Source: a virus
Lineage: Duplodnaviria; Caudoviricetes
Length of the DNA stretch: 64,000 nucleotides
Direction: 5' to 3' (one strand)
IMG/VR virus record: IMGVR_UViG_3300011701_000001
Location: 1-64,000 of that record
Shown: one piece after another, positions 37,307 to 47,103 of the stretch
Layout of the letters: every line of letters begins with the position of its first letter
Numbering within the stretch: position 1 is the first letter of the stretch
Notes under the pieces: model-generated
What the model was told of the DNA's origin: nothing
Databases searched by the model: none
The model's input: only the letters and a program-made list of their open reading frames with translations
Translations under genes and position numbers: made by a program

Positions 37307-37913
37307 CTACATCAATCTCCACTTTTACTAAACTTGAAATAATTTGTTCGCCAGAATCAGAAAGAAGAATCTTGTCGGTGTCAGTAAATGTCTCCACAAA
37401 ATTTAAATCCCCCTCAACTTGAACACGATTAATATGTCCAATAGGGAAATCTTCCATTCTTGTTGTTAAAATTGTTAAAGAGATTGTGTCATTGATGAAT
37501 GCAGTATTACCATTAATGTTTAAATTAATACGAGGAATTGCTTGGTAATCCATAAAACCCATACCGTATTTATCTAACACTTCTTGACCAAAATCACTAT
37601 CTAAAGCAATCGCTAAGTAATCACACCATTCTTCACTCTTACTCTTAGCTTCACCCTCAAATGTGATTGTGTAAGTAACAAGGTAATCAACTAAAACTGT
37701 TTGCCATCCATTCCCATTAACATCTAATCTTGTTGTATTTGTTCTCTGAACAGATTGTTTGTTTCTATTTAAAATGCTGACAACACAGTAAGGATTCTTT
37801 GGAGGGCTGCCAGCTCTACCAGCTAAAATGAATGTACAATCAGGAATAATCTCTTGTAACGCTCTTATAATATTCTTTTCATTGTCAGCGACAATTGGTG
37901 TCGTGATTGACAT
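37293..37913 (-). CDS. Tail terminator/neck protein
   Basis: Synteny and P..PY motif. Confidence 0.55.
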   Translation of the reverse strand: MSITTPIVADNEKNIIRALQEIIPDCTFILAGRAGSPPKNPYCVVSILNRNKQSVQRTNTTRLDVNGNGWQTVLVDYLVTYTITFEGEAKSKSEEWCDYLAIALDSDFGQEVLDKYGMGFMDYQAIPRINLNINGNTAFINDTISLTILTTRMEDFPIGHINRVQVEGDLNFVETFTDTDKILLSDSGEQIISSLVKVEIDVDGNG

Positions 37914-37930
37914 TCTAACTAATCCTTCTG

Positions 37931-38398
37931 TTAAGGTGGAGTTGGATCATTCGGTACAGGTGTTTCTGGGTTAATATTTATTGTATTAGTCCTACCGAAA
38001 ACATCACCCATTAATCTTTCTCTTTCACTATCTAAAACTTTAACAGCTACGGCTTCAACATGATAACCTAGGTTTTGGTAAGGCATTGTATAAGCAACTT
38101 TCCAATAACAATCGTTATATAATATTAAATCAGCTTCCAATGGATGTTCACTACCGCTACGAGAAGTAAAGATGTATTGATTACTAGAAATAAAGATTGC
38201 TTCTTTCTCAGTAAATCCACGTTCCTTTAACTTAGTATAATGTCCTTGAAAAGCTGGTTGAATATTTGCTTTAATATAGACAGTTTTTTTTTGTGGAGGA
38301 ATCCATTCGCCATCTTCATAAACACCGCTACCAACTGATTCATCATCCCGAATAACAGGGTAAGTTTTCTTTCCTAGTTTTGCTCTTAGAATTTTCAT
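37931..38398 (-). CDS. Head closure/head-tail connector
   Basis: G.Y.DG.W...ANIQP...AD.I.Y motif. Confidence 0.65.
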   Translation of the reverse strand: MKILRAKLGKKTYPVIRDDESVGSGVYEDGEWIPPQKKTVYIKANIQPAFQGHYTKLKERGFTEKEAIFISSNQYIFTSRSGSEHPLEADLILYNDCYWKVAYTMPYQNLGYHVEAVAVKVLDSERERLMGDVFGRTNTININPETPVPNDPTPP

Positions 38399-38400
38399 AC

Positions 38401-38961
38401 CTAACCACCCTTATTCTTTGCAATAGATTTAGCTTGTTCTTCTTGTTTGGTTAAAGATGACTTATAAACCTCATAATCAAAAGATTGAAGCATATGTCCT
38501 GTATCATCCCACTGGAAAGCATGTCCTTTAAGATCAATTGTTAATTCAGAAAGTTTCTTCATGTTCTGTTTCATAACACTATTATGGAAATCTTGTTTAG
38601 CGTTATAACCAATCTGATTTAACTCATCTGTGAAGTCTTGACCCTGTAGAGCTTTATAGAACAACATTTGAATACGCTTGTGAGCTGTCTTTTTTGTTTC
38701 TTCTATAGCTTGCCTAAAGTAAGGTCGTGCTGGAATCTTCTGATCACCACTTGTACCAAACTCTTGCATATAAGCTAATTGAGCAACATAGAAGCCACTT
38801 TCATGTTTCTGCTTCTTCAACCAACCCCACTTAACGTGCCTATTCTTTAATATGTTAAGGTTTTTCTTTAACTCTTTAAGGTCTGTAAAGTCATACTCAA
38901 GGGAGAATTGTATTCCATCACCTTTTGTGTATGTCTTATTATCTTTCCACTTTACAGCCAT
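38401..38961 (-). CDS. Tail completion/neck protein
   Basis: A...EFGT..IPARPYFR...DTG.M. Confidence 0.75.
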   Translation of the reverse strand: MAVKWKDNKTYTKGDGIQFSLEYDFTDLKELKKNLNILKNRHVKWGWLKKQKHESGFYVAQLAYMQEFGTSGDQKIPARPYFRQAIEETKKTAHKRIQMLFYKALQGQDFTDELNQIGYNAKQDFHNSVMKQNMKKLSELTIDLKGHAFQWDDTGHMLQSFDYEVYKSSLTKQEEQAKSIAKNKGG

Positions 38962-38970
38962 AAGAAGTCT

Positions 38971-39492
38971 CTAAGGAGTTGTTGAGTACGGATACAATGT
39001 TCTACGTTCTTCTGGTTCAACAACAGTGTCCCAAAACTCTAAACGCTTTCTATCCCAATATGGTGTACGAGCTTGTTGTCCACGATAGAAAGGGCTATCA
39101 ATAAACTCAGGATTACGTGCGTAGAATGCTGTGGCTTCTCGAAGAACACCACCAACGTAAATCGTTGGACTACCACCACCTTGATACTTACCTTTCTGAA
39201 GCATCTGCAAGAACTTAACCCAAGAATCTACAAGCTCTTTACCGTAGATTTCTTCTTGACCAACACGTTGTCTTGCACCTTGTCCAGCTAGTTGAGCTAG
39301 GATAGACATTCCAGCAGACATTAATGCTGATCTGAAATAGTATGTTCCATCAGGTTTTGTATATTTGGTAATAAAGTATTGGTAGGCTTCATCACTAAGG
39401 AATTGATCTTCACCTTGTTCAATATCACCAAGATCACCTAAGTAAAGTCTAAGTTCCCAAATCTTGTCTGGGTCAGTAACAACGATGTCCAT
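38971..39492 (-). CDS. Head-tail adaptor
   Basis: LRLYLGD...FLSDE; directly after the capsid gene. Confidence 0.65.
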   Translation of the reverse strand: MDIVVTDPDKIWELRLYLGDLGDIEQGEDQFLSDEAYQYFITKYTKPDGTYYFRSALMSAGMSILAQLAGQGARQRVGQEEIYGKELVDSWVKFLQMLQKGKYQGGGSPTIYVGGVLREATAFYARNPEFIDSPFYRGQQARTPYWDRKRLEFWDTVVEPEERRTLYPYSTTP

Positions 39493-39562
39493 AATATTCC
39501 TTAATATTCTTGTGTTATTTTAAAAGAATCTTTGTGTTTAAATAAAATCCCTTTAGAATAAC

Positions 39563-39579
39563 AGGGGAGAAAACTCCCC
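39563..39579 (-). terminator. Hairpin after the major capsid gene
   Basis: GGGGAG-AAAA-CTCCCC inverted repeat. Confidence 0.55.
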
Positions 39580-39606
39580 ATATTATCCCAGACTACACTA
39601 CTTCAA

Positions 39607-40707
39607 TTAAGGAGTAGGTAGAGTGAATGTGATGTCTAAAGACAACTCTGGTTGAGACATGAAGTAGATTGCATGCTTCTCAAGATAGAACTCGAAGTGA
39701 GTGCGATCTTTAACAGGAGTTTGCCAAGCGTAAAGCTTTTGACCTTGAGTACCAATGTAGTCTAGGTATGGAGCTGGAACATACTTAGCTTGATACAAAC
39801 CGTCAACACCACGTAGAACAGTGAAACCTTTGTTATCAGCAATTGGAGTGATTGCAGTACGATCCCAACGAGTAAACTTCTGTGGGTATGTAGAGAAGGT
39901 TACACCATGAATAGTGACAGAACGAACAAAACCAAACACAGAACGGTTAAGTTCATTCACACGACCATTGATGAATGGGTTGTTGATATACTCAGAACCA
40001 GTACCAGTGTAAGCTGCTTCGTACATAGCTACGATTTGTGGGTGAGCTACTAGAGCAGAGAATGCTGCTTCACCAATCATAACTTCAACACCAGTAAAGC
40101 CAGAGCCGTAAGTTTGAGCAGTCATCAACTGGTTAACAAGAGCTGTAATCTGACCTAGAACATCTGCTGTAGCAGTAAGATCGAAAGTCAGAGTTGTACG
40201 AGTCTTGTTCAGATTAGCAAACATATCAATTTCAACAGAATCATCATACGGGTCAAGAGTACGACCTTGCAGAGCTGTTAAAAGAGAATACTCTTCCATT
40301 TGTTCCATTGATTGACGGATAGGAGGAAGCTTCTCAGCCATCAAGTCTGCAACTGTATAGTTACGAGCTTCTGTTGTTAAACTAGCCCAATCACGAACAC
40401 GGTTAGCGATGTCTTCGTACATGATAGCACCTTCTTGTTTATAGGTGATACCAGACAAGTGCGCACGTTTTTGTTTACCAGTGTTAACGCGATCAGCTTC
40501 ACGACCTAGACGAGATTTAGTACCAGTCATTACTGATACGTCTTCATCGTTGTAGCGGAAAGCATAAGTGTCAGTTACAATGCCTTCTTCAGTGAAAAGA
40601 CCACTTTCAGCGATACGACCATAACGCTTAGGGATTGAGTTTAGGATCGCATCATCAATCGTTACGAGTGTAGATGGATCAAAGTCGATATTTTGAACTA
40701 CTGCCAT
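39607..40707 (-). CDS. Major capsid protein (lambda gpE-like)
   Basis: Size, position after decoration and protease genes, strong codon bias, GLF..EG and E.....ALQG motifs. Confidence 0.85.
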   Translation of the reverse strand: MAVVQNIDFDPSTLVTIDDAILNSIPKRYGRIAESGLFTEEGIVTDTYAFRYNDEDVSVMTGTKSRLGREADRVNTGKQKRAHLSGITYKQEGAIMYEDIANRVRDWASLTTEARNYTVADLMAEKLPPIRQSMEQMEEYSLLTALQGRTLDPYDDSVEIDMFANLNKTRTTLTFDLTATADVLGQITALVNQLMTAQTYGSGFTGVEVMIGEAAFSALVAHPQIVAMYEAAYTGTGSEYINNPFINGRVNELNRSVFGFVRSVTIHGVTFSTYPQKFTRWDRTAITPIADNKGFTVLRGVDGLYQAKYVPAPYLDYIGTQGQKLYAWQTPVKDRTHFEFYLEKHAIYFMSQPELSLDITFTLPTP

Positions 40708-40729
40708 TTGTTGTTATATCCTTAAGTTA

Positions 40730-41248
40730 TTATACGATTGCTAAAAGAGGTTTTACTTGACGTTGCATTTTGAAACCATTCTCTAGTTTCAGTTTAGTGC
40801 GAAGAGCTTTTTGCACATCAGCAGTTTGATTGTGGAAGAATGATGCTGGAACAGTTGCTTCACCTAAATGTAAGTAACCTTCTGCAACTTGACCACTACC
40901 ATAACCACGATCAATTACCACAACATCCAGTTCAGCACCATCTTCAGCGAATGAAGCTTCTAGGTATGAACGATGACCAGCGCCATTAGTATTAAGATCA
41001 CGACCTAAGAAGATACCTAGACGAGTGGTTGTAACAACAGCGTCAGTAGCGAATACATCAGCAGCTACAGCGAAACGTGCGGTCTTTTCAACATCGTCAA
41101 TCACCAATAGACGACCAACGTTTACAGTGTCACCAGAAGCTAGGGTTAGGGTAACAACTTCACGAGCATAACCAGCGTCAGTTGAAGGTTCAGCCCCAAA
41201 TACATCTGTAGGGATGATTAGAGCATCTTGTTCTTGAAATACAGCCAT
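40730..41248 (-). CDS. Head decoration protein
   Basis: GYAREVVT motif; between protease and capsid. Confidence 0.7.
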   Translation of the reverse strand: MAVFQEQDALIIPTDVFGAEPSTDAGYAREVVTLTLASGDTVNVGRLLVIDDVEKTARFAVAADVFATDAVVTTTRLGIFLGRDLNTNGAGHRSYLEASFAEDGAELDVVVIDRGYGSGQVAEGYLHLGEATVPASFFHNQTADVQKALRTKLKLENGFKMQRQVKPLLAIV

Positions 41249-41265
41249 TTATATTTATCCTTTAA

Positions 41266-41748
41266 TTATTGGTTTTTAGCTTTCATGCGTTCAGCAAGAA
41301 TGTCATTGAATGATGGAGTAGTAGCTTTCTTAGTATTTGAATTACCAAGCTCTTCCATCTCTTTATCTTCTTTTTCAACTTTAGCTTCTAGTGCTGAAAC
41401 AATCGCATCAAATGCTGTAGCTTCAAGACCGGCTGTAGTAGTTAATAGTGTAGCAACTTGATCATTTTCAGAACCAAGAACAGATTCCAACTTGGCTTTG
41501 CGTTCTGCTTGTAGAGCATCAGCTTTAAGAGTTGCTAACTCTGTTTCTAATGCTTCTTTAGCACCTTGAAGTTCTGTCAATTGCTTTTCTAGTTCAGAAT
41601 ACTTACCTTCAAGTTCTTCTTTCTGAGTTGTTAGTTCAGCAACTAAACCTTCTTTCTCAATAACAAGTTGTTGAGCAGTAGTAAGTTGCTCTGTTAGCTG
41701 TGCAGTAACATCGTCATTGCCACCAGCGTTCTTTGTAACGTCTGTCAT
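41266..41748 (-). CDS. Nested in-frame scaffold protein (internal start MTDVTKN)
   Basis: GAGGA RBS just upstream of the in-frame ATG at 41748; lambda C/Nu3-type arrangement. Confidence 0.65.
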   Translation of the reverse strand: MTDVTKNAGGNDDVTAQLTEQLTTAQQLVIEKEGLVAELTTQKEELEGKYSELEKQLTELQGAKEALETELATLKADALQAERKAKLESVLGSENDQVATLLTTTAGLEATAFDAIVSALEAKVEKEDKEMEELGNSNTKKATTPSFNDILAERMKAKNQ

Positions 41749-42675
41749 ATTTTCCTCATATGAGATTGTGTTTTCTTTTGATTGATTTATCATGCCCTTC
41801 ATGTAAAGATCGAAATCCTCAATTTCCATGATCTTATCAATAAGACCAATTTCTAAAGCTTCATCTGCATCAAATACTTGAGCATTAGTTTCAACTACCG
41901 ATTCAACCGTCATATTACGATTTGTGGCAATGAATTTTGTGAACTGTGTATAACTTTTATCTACACTCTTTTGCAAACCAGAAATGAAATCCTCTGTGAA
42001 AGAACCATCCTTAGCAAAAGGAATTTTGTTTTTACCAGCATAAACAAATGACCGTTCAATACCGATATTGTCTAACATCTTAGAATCGTTATAGAGTTGA
42101 ATAACAACACCAACACTACCGACACGACTTGCAGGGTTAGCAATGATTTCATGAGCGATAGAAGATAGTCCGTAACTTGCAGAAGCAGATAAACCATCAA
42201 TGTAAGAAATGATTTTTACACCATTATCATCTGCCATTTTACGAATAGCTTTTGAAGTACCGAATAAACGGTAAGCTTCACCACCTCCGCTATCTTGCAT
42301 GAATACTACAGTCTTAACGCCTTCTGCAACTTGAGCTTCAAATGTTGACTTAATCTTCTCGTAAGATGTTAATTCAACACATGCTTGTGTTTGTCCAGCT
42401 CGGTTAACAAGTGTTCCTTTAATATCAATAGTGCCGACCATTGTTTCAGGATTTACACCAAGTTGTTTTAACTTGTACTGACGATAAGCTTCTTCATCTC
42501 CGAAGTCGCTACGCATCAATTGAACTTCTTCAACATCTGTTTCAAACTGTGCTAACTTCATTGTTCGTTCAGGGTCAGCAAAGTATTCAGCAATCGGTGC
42601 TAAACTTTCCTGAGTGATAAACAATGGCGTATTAAACACCTTCTTTGAAAGATGAGCTAATGAGCGTTTAGCCAT
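41266..42675 (-). CDS. Prohead protease (S49) with C-terminal scaffold
   Basis: DSGGG, SASASY, GSVGV, G.NK motifs; coiled-coil C-terminus. Confidence 0.9.
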   Translation of the reverse strand: MAKRSLAHLSKKVFNTPLFITQESLAPIAEYFADPERTMKLAQFETDVEEVQLMRSDFGDEEAYRQYKLKQLGVNPETMVGTIDIKGTLVNRAGQTQACVELTSYEKIKSTFEAQVAEGVKTVVFMQDSGGGEAYRLFGTSKAIRKMADDNGVKIISYIDGLSASASYGLSSIAHEIIANPASRVGSVGVVIQLYNDSKMLDNIGIERSFVYAGKNKIPFAKDGSFTEDFISGLQKSVDKSYTQFTKFIATNRNMTVESVVETNAQVFDADEALEIGLIDKIMEIEDFDLYMKGMINQSKENTISYEENMTDVTKNAGGNDDVTAQLTEQLTTAQQLVIEKEGLVAELTTQKEELEGKYSELEKQLTELQGAKEALETELATLKADALQAERKAKLESVLGSENDQVATLLTTTAGLEATAFDAIVSALEAKVEKEDKEMEELGNSNTKKATTPSFNDILAERMKAKNQ

Positions 42676-42684
42676 TATTTCCCC

Positions 42685-44175
42685 TTATTTCTTATTTAAA
42701 TTGTTAGCATTGTTGTCTGTTTCAGAGACATTATCTGACGTACCGTTACCTGAGCCTTTAGCAAGTCCATCCCCACTTCTAGAATCATCGTCATCCTCTA
42801 CGCCTAATAGCTCATCAAGTTCTTCTTTTGTCATATCATCAGGAACACGATAAGTGAATCCCATGATCTCAAGAACACGATTGATAACGTTAGGAGTAAC
42901 AGGGATAAGCTTAGTTGCTTTAAGTTGCTGCATTGCTTTAGCAAATACTGCCATATCAACTTCTTCAAGCTCACCGTAACGTAATGTAGGAAGTTTAGAA
43001 TCATCCCAACCATTGCGTCTGAATAACTCTGGAATCAAGTCATTGTTAAGAACACGTAAAACTTCTTGAACTCTTGTTTCAACAAGCATGTTAAGCATAC
43101 TTTTCTTGTTCTTAGAAACGTTGGTAACTTCATCACCAGAACGTAGAATGTCAGCAAACATTAATTGTAAGATTTCATTCTGTAAGCGTTTAACAATGTC
43201 TGAGATTGAAGTGACATGAGAACTAGATGACTGTAATGTTGTAACATCCCAATCCAAAGAACCATGTGCATCATCAGAACGTGTAGATGGAAGAACAATA
43301 GCTGCTTGCTCATTTACCGCAAGCTTACTTAAACTTCCTTTAACAATGTCACCAGCTTTCTTCATGTCTTCATCAGCATCAGCAGCAAGGTACTCTTGTG
43401 GAATACGACCAACCAAGATACCATTCATGTTCTTGGATGCTGCAATGTTTTCCATATCCTTATGTCTTTGAAGTTCTCTCCATCCACCATAACAGGCATA
43501 TAGAGGAGAAACACTTTCAGGGAGATCACTGGATAAGTCAGCTTTGAAGTGTAGGTAACGATTACGAGGAATGAACGTATCATTCTCTGTTGGTTTAAAC
43601 AGTAAAGGGTTTTTAATGTTGTTAGCAAAGTAGTTGTAATATGATGGTGGTTTAGGTCTATTAGCCTGATACAACCCCTCTACCTTACGGAAGTTTTCAT
43701 CCCACTTAAAACCACTAATACTGTGTTGGTTACGCATTGGGAGAGCTTTAATACCAATCTTACCATCATCGTACTTACTACCGTTCTTGTGTCTACGTCT
43801 ACGAAAGACTTTCTCAAGAATGGAGAAACCATACTTATTTAATGTTAAAGCCTTTTGAACAATATTCTCTAAGCTCTCACCATCTTCCATATCTTGAAGA
43901 CACTGCATGACAAAATCAGCGCGTTTCTTATGAACATTAGATTGATCGTAAGATTCAACATAGATGTGTACACGACTAGCAATAACGTTAACAGCATTCA
44001 ATGCTGAAGCAATCGTTACATCCATTGCCATTTTGTCGTATGTATCTAATGAATGTGGGAAGGTTAGGTCTTTAACACCCTCATCGAAATATGAACCGAT
44101 GTTCTTTGAATAAACACCTGTAGTTCCAATTTCAGATGGTACTTTACCCTTCTCTTTCTCTTGTTGTGTTGCCAT
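42685..44175 (-). CDS. Portal protein
   Basis: EIG.TG, Y.KM..D, YGFS..EKV motifs; position after TerL. Confidence 0.85.
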   Translation of the reverse strand: MATQQEKEKGKVPSEIGTTGVYSKNIGSYFDEGVKDLTFPHSLDTYDKMAMDVTIASALNAVNVIASRVHIYVESYDQSNVHKKRADFVMQCLQDMEDGESLENIVQKALTLNKYGFSILEKVFRRRRHKNGSKYDDGKIGIKALPMRNQHSISGFKWDENFRKVEGLYQANRPKPPSYYNYFANNIKNPLLFKPTENDTFIPRNRYLHFKADLSSDLPESVSPLYACYGGWRELQRHKDMENIAASKNMNGILVGRIPQEYLAADADEDMKKAGDIVKGSLSKLAVNEQAAIVLPSTRSDDAHGSLDWDVTTLQSSSSHVTSISDIVKRLQNEILQLMFADILRSGDEVTNVSKNKKSMLNMLVETRVQEVLRVLNNDLIPELFRRNGWDDSKLPTLRYGELEEVDMAVFAKAMQQLKATKLIPVTPNVINRVLEIMGFTYRVPDDMTKEELDELLGVEDDDDSRSGDGLAKGSGNGTSDNVSETDNNANNLNKK

Positions 44176-44184
44176 CTGTTATCG

Positions 44185-45702
44185 TTATCCTATAAGGGCT
44201 AAGTTAAGTTTTTTATACTCTTTAGTTGTTGCTAAGACGTTGAAAGAATCAGATGTTCCGTCACACTGATCGTCATGATAGCGTCTACTTACACCATCAA
44301 ATCTTTCTAACTCTGTAAAGTAGTCATCGTTCCAATCACCTTTAACAACTGAAACAATACCGTTTTCACAAGCTGCTGAGAAAGGTAGGAAGCGTACAAG
44401 TTTTCCACTCTTAGTGTTAGGTTTCATAAACTTGACAGGTAGACCAGCATTCGCAAACTCTTTAGCTCGTTGATGCTTGATACTTTTACCAGCTTCACCG
44501 GGATCGGTTGGAAGGTATGTCATTACACTACCAAACTGTTTGTTATCTTGCTTTGAGATTTTTATAATCTCATCAACAACTTCACCTTCACGTTTTCTAA
44601 ATCTGACAACATCTTCGACAATAAATCTTCCATCTTTTGTCTTAGCTATTAACACCCCTGCTGTGTAATCGGGGTCTGGATAAGCTTCTGATGGTATAGA
44701 ACATGCCATATCCCAACAACGAACTCGTCTAACTACTTTTGATAGGTAAGACATATCTTCGGGAATATGCGGATTTAACTGTGTAACCCAAGATTTCTTA
44801 AAGTAACCACTCTCTTCTTCAGAAGCATACCAGTTACCTTTTAATAATCGTTCCATCGTAACACGAGGTTGTGATGCTAATTGAGCAACATAGTCTGGAT
44901 TCTTCTTAATCGCTTCTGGGTTATCGAAACAATTAGCTCCAATAAATACAAAAGATTTAGGCTTACAGAGGTTTTCACCAGTGATAGGATTTGTTCCGAA
45001 CTTCGTGTGATATTTATCATACAGTTCTTCGAATGAATTACCCCATTTAAGGTCATTACCTACACGTAAGTAGTATCGAACAACACCGTTCACATCTTCG
45101 TTAGGTCTACCTTCTACAAGCTCATCATCAATGTATGTTCCTTCTGGATGGATGTAGAAATCATTAATCCACTTAAGAATATACGAAGACGGGTCAGGGT
45201 TACATGTTAACCAAATACAAGGTTTCATTTTTGCATTAGTACGAAGACGAGAAACAATCCACCAAATATCTTCTTCGATAAAGTGTGTTGCTTCGTCACA
45301 CATTGCTGCTGAAATCTCAATACCTTGAATAGCATCTCGACCAGCTTTATCATCCATACCTAAGAATGAAACAGATGCTCCACTAGGGAATCGAATCACC
45401 ATAGGTTGTTGTGTGTATGTTGTACCTTTTCTGAATGCTTGGAAAATCTTAACAGCAGTCCAGAATGCACCACCTTCTTTCTTCAAGTCAGTTGCATGTA
45501 AACGAAACACATAACCTACAAAGTCTGGATCATCACACCATTTTAAGAATTTTAATAGTCCAGTGTAACTCTTCCCACTCATCGCTGCTCCACCATATAC
45601 AGTGAAGAAAGCATCAGTATTTAAGAAGAGTGCTTGCTTATAACTTGTAGCACCAAATTTGGGTTTCTCAACAACCTGTTTTCTTTGTTGTGTTCTTGCC
45701 AA
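44185..45702 (-). CDS. terL: Terminase large subunit
   Basis: Walker A GGAAMSGKS, Walker B AAMCDE, TCNP coupling motif, nuclease WDMA...DYTA...HDDQCD. Confidence 0.95.
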   Translation of the reverse strand: MARTQQRKQVVEKPKFGATSYKQALFLNTDAFFTVYGGAAMSGKSYTGLLKFLKWCDDPDFVGYVFRLHATDLKKEGGAFWTAVKIFQAFRKGTTYTQQPMVIRFPSGASVSFLGMDDKAGRDAIQGIEISAAMCDEATHFIEEDIWWIVSRLRTNAKMKPCIWLTCNPDPSSYILKWINDFYIHPEGTYIDDELVEGRPNEDVNGVVRYYLRVGNDLKWGNSFEELYDKYHTKFGTNPITGENLCKPKSFVFIGANCFDNPEAIKKNPDYVAQLASQPRVTMERLLKGNWYASEEESGYFKKSWVTQLNPHIPEDMSYLSKVVRRVRCWDMACSIPSEAYPDPDYTAGVLIAKTKDGRFIVEDVVRFRKREGEVVDEIIKISKQDNKQFGSVMTYLPTDPGEAGKSIKHQRAKEFANAGLPVKFMKPNTKSGKLVRFLPFSAACENGIVSVVKGDWNDDYFTELERFDGVSRRYHDDQCDGTSDSFNVLATTKEYKKLNLALIG

Positions 45703-45716
45703 AATATTCCCCTAAA

Positions 45717-46112
45717 TTAATTTAAGGGTTTGTCGCCCTGTTCTAAAAAGTGATAACCCATATCTAATGTTGGAGTATCATCGTCTTCCAAATCAGTTAA
45801 CTTTTTGTACCCTTCACCATGTTCAGCTTCAAGCTCTTGACGAATAAGTTGATTGTTTTTAAGTACAGCATTTTGTTTATGAATCTTTTGAAAGTCAGCT
45901 TTTTCTTCCTTGTCTAAGATTACAATATGTGTCTTAACAATATTCATACCCATAGCAGCTTTGTCTTTAATACTTACTTTAGGGTCATCCATAAACTGTT
46001 CCATAACAGCTAATGCTTTAGCAACTAATGGGTTGGATTTAGCTTTAAGGGTTTTTAATGAGTAATCTTTAACAGGCTGCCCTGATTTAATCTTATCTAG
46101 TTCATCTGCCAT
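45717..46112 (-). CDS. Putative terminase small subunit
   Basis: Helical 131-aa protein immediately upstream of TerL; position only. Confidence 0.45.
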   Translation of the reverse strand: MADELDKIKSGQPVKDYSLKTLKAKSNPLVAKALAVMEQFMDDPKVSIKDKAAMGMNIVKTHIVILDKEEKADFQKIHKQNAVLKNNQLIRQELEAEHGEGYKKLTDLEDDDTPTLDMGYHFLEQGDKPLN

Positions 46113-46124
46113 TTTATTTATATC

Positions 46125-46553
46125 CTATTTAATAAATACTTTTGCTTCTTCTATATTATCAAAACAATCAATGTTGTTCTTAAACATAAAGTCTACGGAG
46201 TAGGATGGGAATTTATACGGTATAGAACCAGTCTCTTTACTACTCTCAACAGGAATTACGACAAACTTTGTATTATCTTCTGTTAAGACAATTTGAAGGC
46301 TTAATCCAACAATAGATTCACTGGGGATTGCTGTTGTATAAACAATAGTGTACTTAGACATGTCACCACTAAAGAATAAATCTTTGAGTTTTTCTTTAGG
46401 TGTATTTCCCTCGTAAATTCCATTACCACACCCCTCATTGCTTTCATACCAGTCAGCAAATACATTACTCATCCCAACAACTCCTAAGAAAGCAAAAGTT
46501 TTAATCCTAAAACAAACAAAAGGACACCAAAGGCATCCTAGTATTATTATCAA
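46125..46553 (-). CDS. Hypothetical protein (true start probably MSNVF)
   Basis: ORF track; AGGAG RBS before the internal ATG. Confidence 0.55.
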   Translation of the reverse strand: MIIILGCLWCPFVCFRIKTFAFLGVVGMSNVFADWYESNEGCGNGIYEGNTPKEKLKDLFFSGDMSKYTIVYTTAIPSESIVGLSLQIVLTEDNTKFVVIPVESSKETGSIPYKFPSYSVDFMFKNNIDCFDNIEEAKVFIK

Positions 46554-46575
46554 TTTATTTAAAAATTTCTTTTAT

Positions 46576-46941
46576 TCAAAAGAATACGTGATTACCAATC
46601 TTAACCTTCAAGGTCTTTTGGAAACGTACTCCAAGACGTTGGTGGTTGAAGTAAAGACTTCCTTTTGTATAATTCGTTTTATTTGTATAAAAATTCTTTG
46701 CGACTTTAACGCTCTCATCCCAAGCTTCTTTTTCATACTTAGGAGGTTTCAAAGAATTAGAACCTTTATACCAAGAAAACTGACCTTTCTGTTTAACTAC
46801 ACCGCAATACGTATTGGGGTAATTGTTATGCTTGCTTCTATTGTGAACAACTTCCATCACTCCATATTTACCCTTTGAGGGTTCTCCGCGAGCTTCCATG
46901 AACGCTGTCATTGCCAAACATAATATACTTTCACTAATCAA
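46576..46941 (-). CDS. Cell wall hydrolase, SleB/Hydrolase_2 family
   Basis: CLA.TA..EARGEP, V.NR, QFSW and IGNHVF motifs; start revised to TTG after GAGG. Confidence 0.88.
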   Translation of the reverse strand: MISESILCLAMTAFMEARGEPSKGKYGVMEVVHNRSKHNNYPNTYCGVVKQKGQFSWYKGSNSLKPPKYEKEAWDESVKVAKNFYTNKTNYTKGSLYFNHQRLGVRFQKTLKVKIGNHVFF

Positions 46942-47103
46942 AACACTTATCCTCTTTACGTAAACATGATAGTCTACAGGAAAGTGTTTAATTCGTAAAC
47001 TATCAATAGAATGACTGAAGTCTTCAAGACCTCCCCTGTCACCAATCGTATCCATTCTTTTAAATGTTTATCCTACATTTAGATTAAAAAATTGGTTTTT
47101 AAA

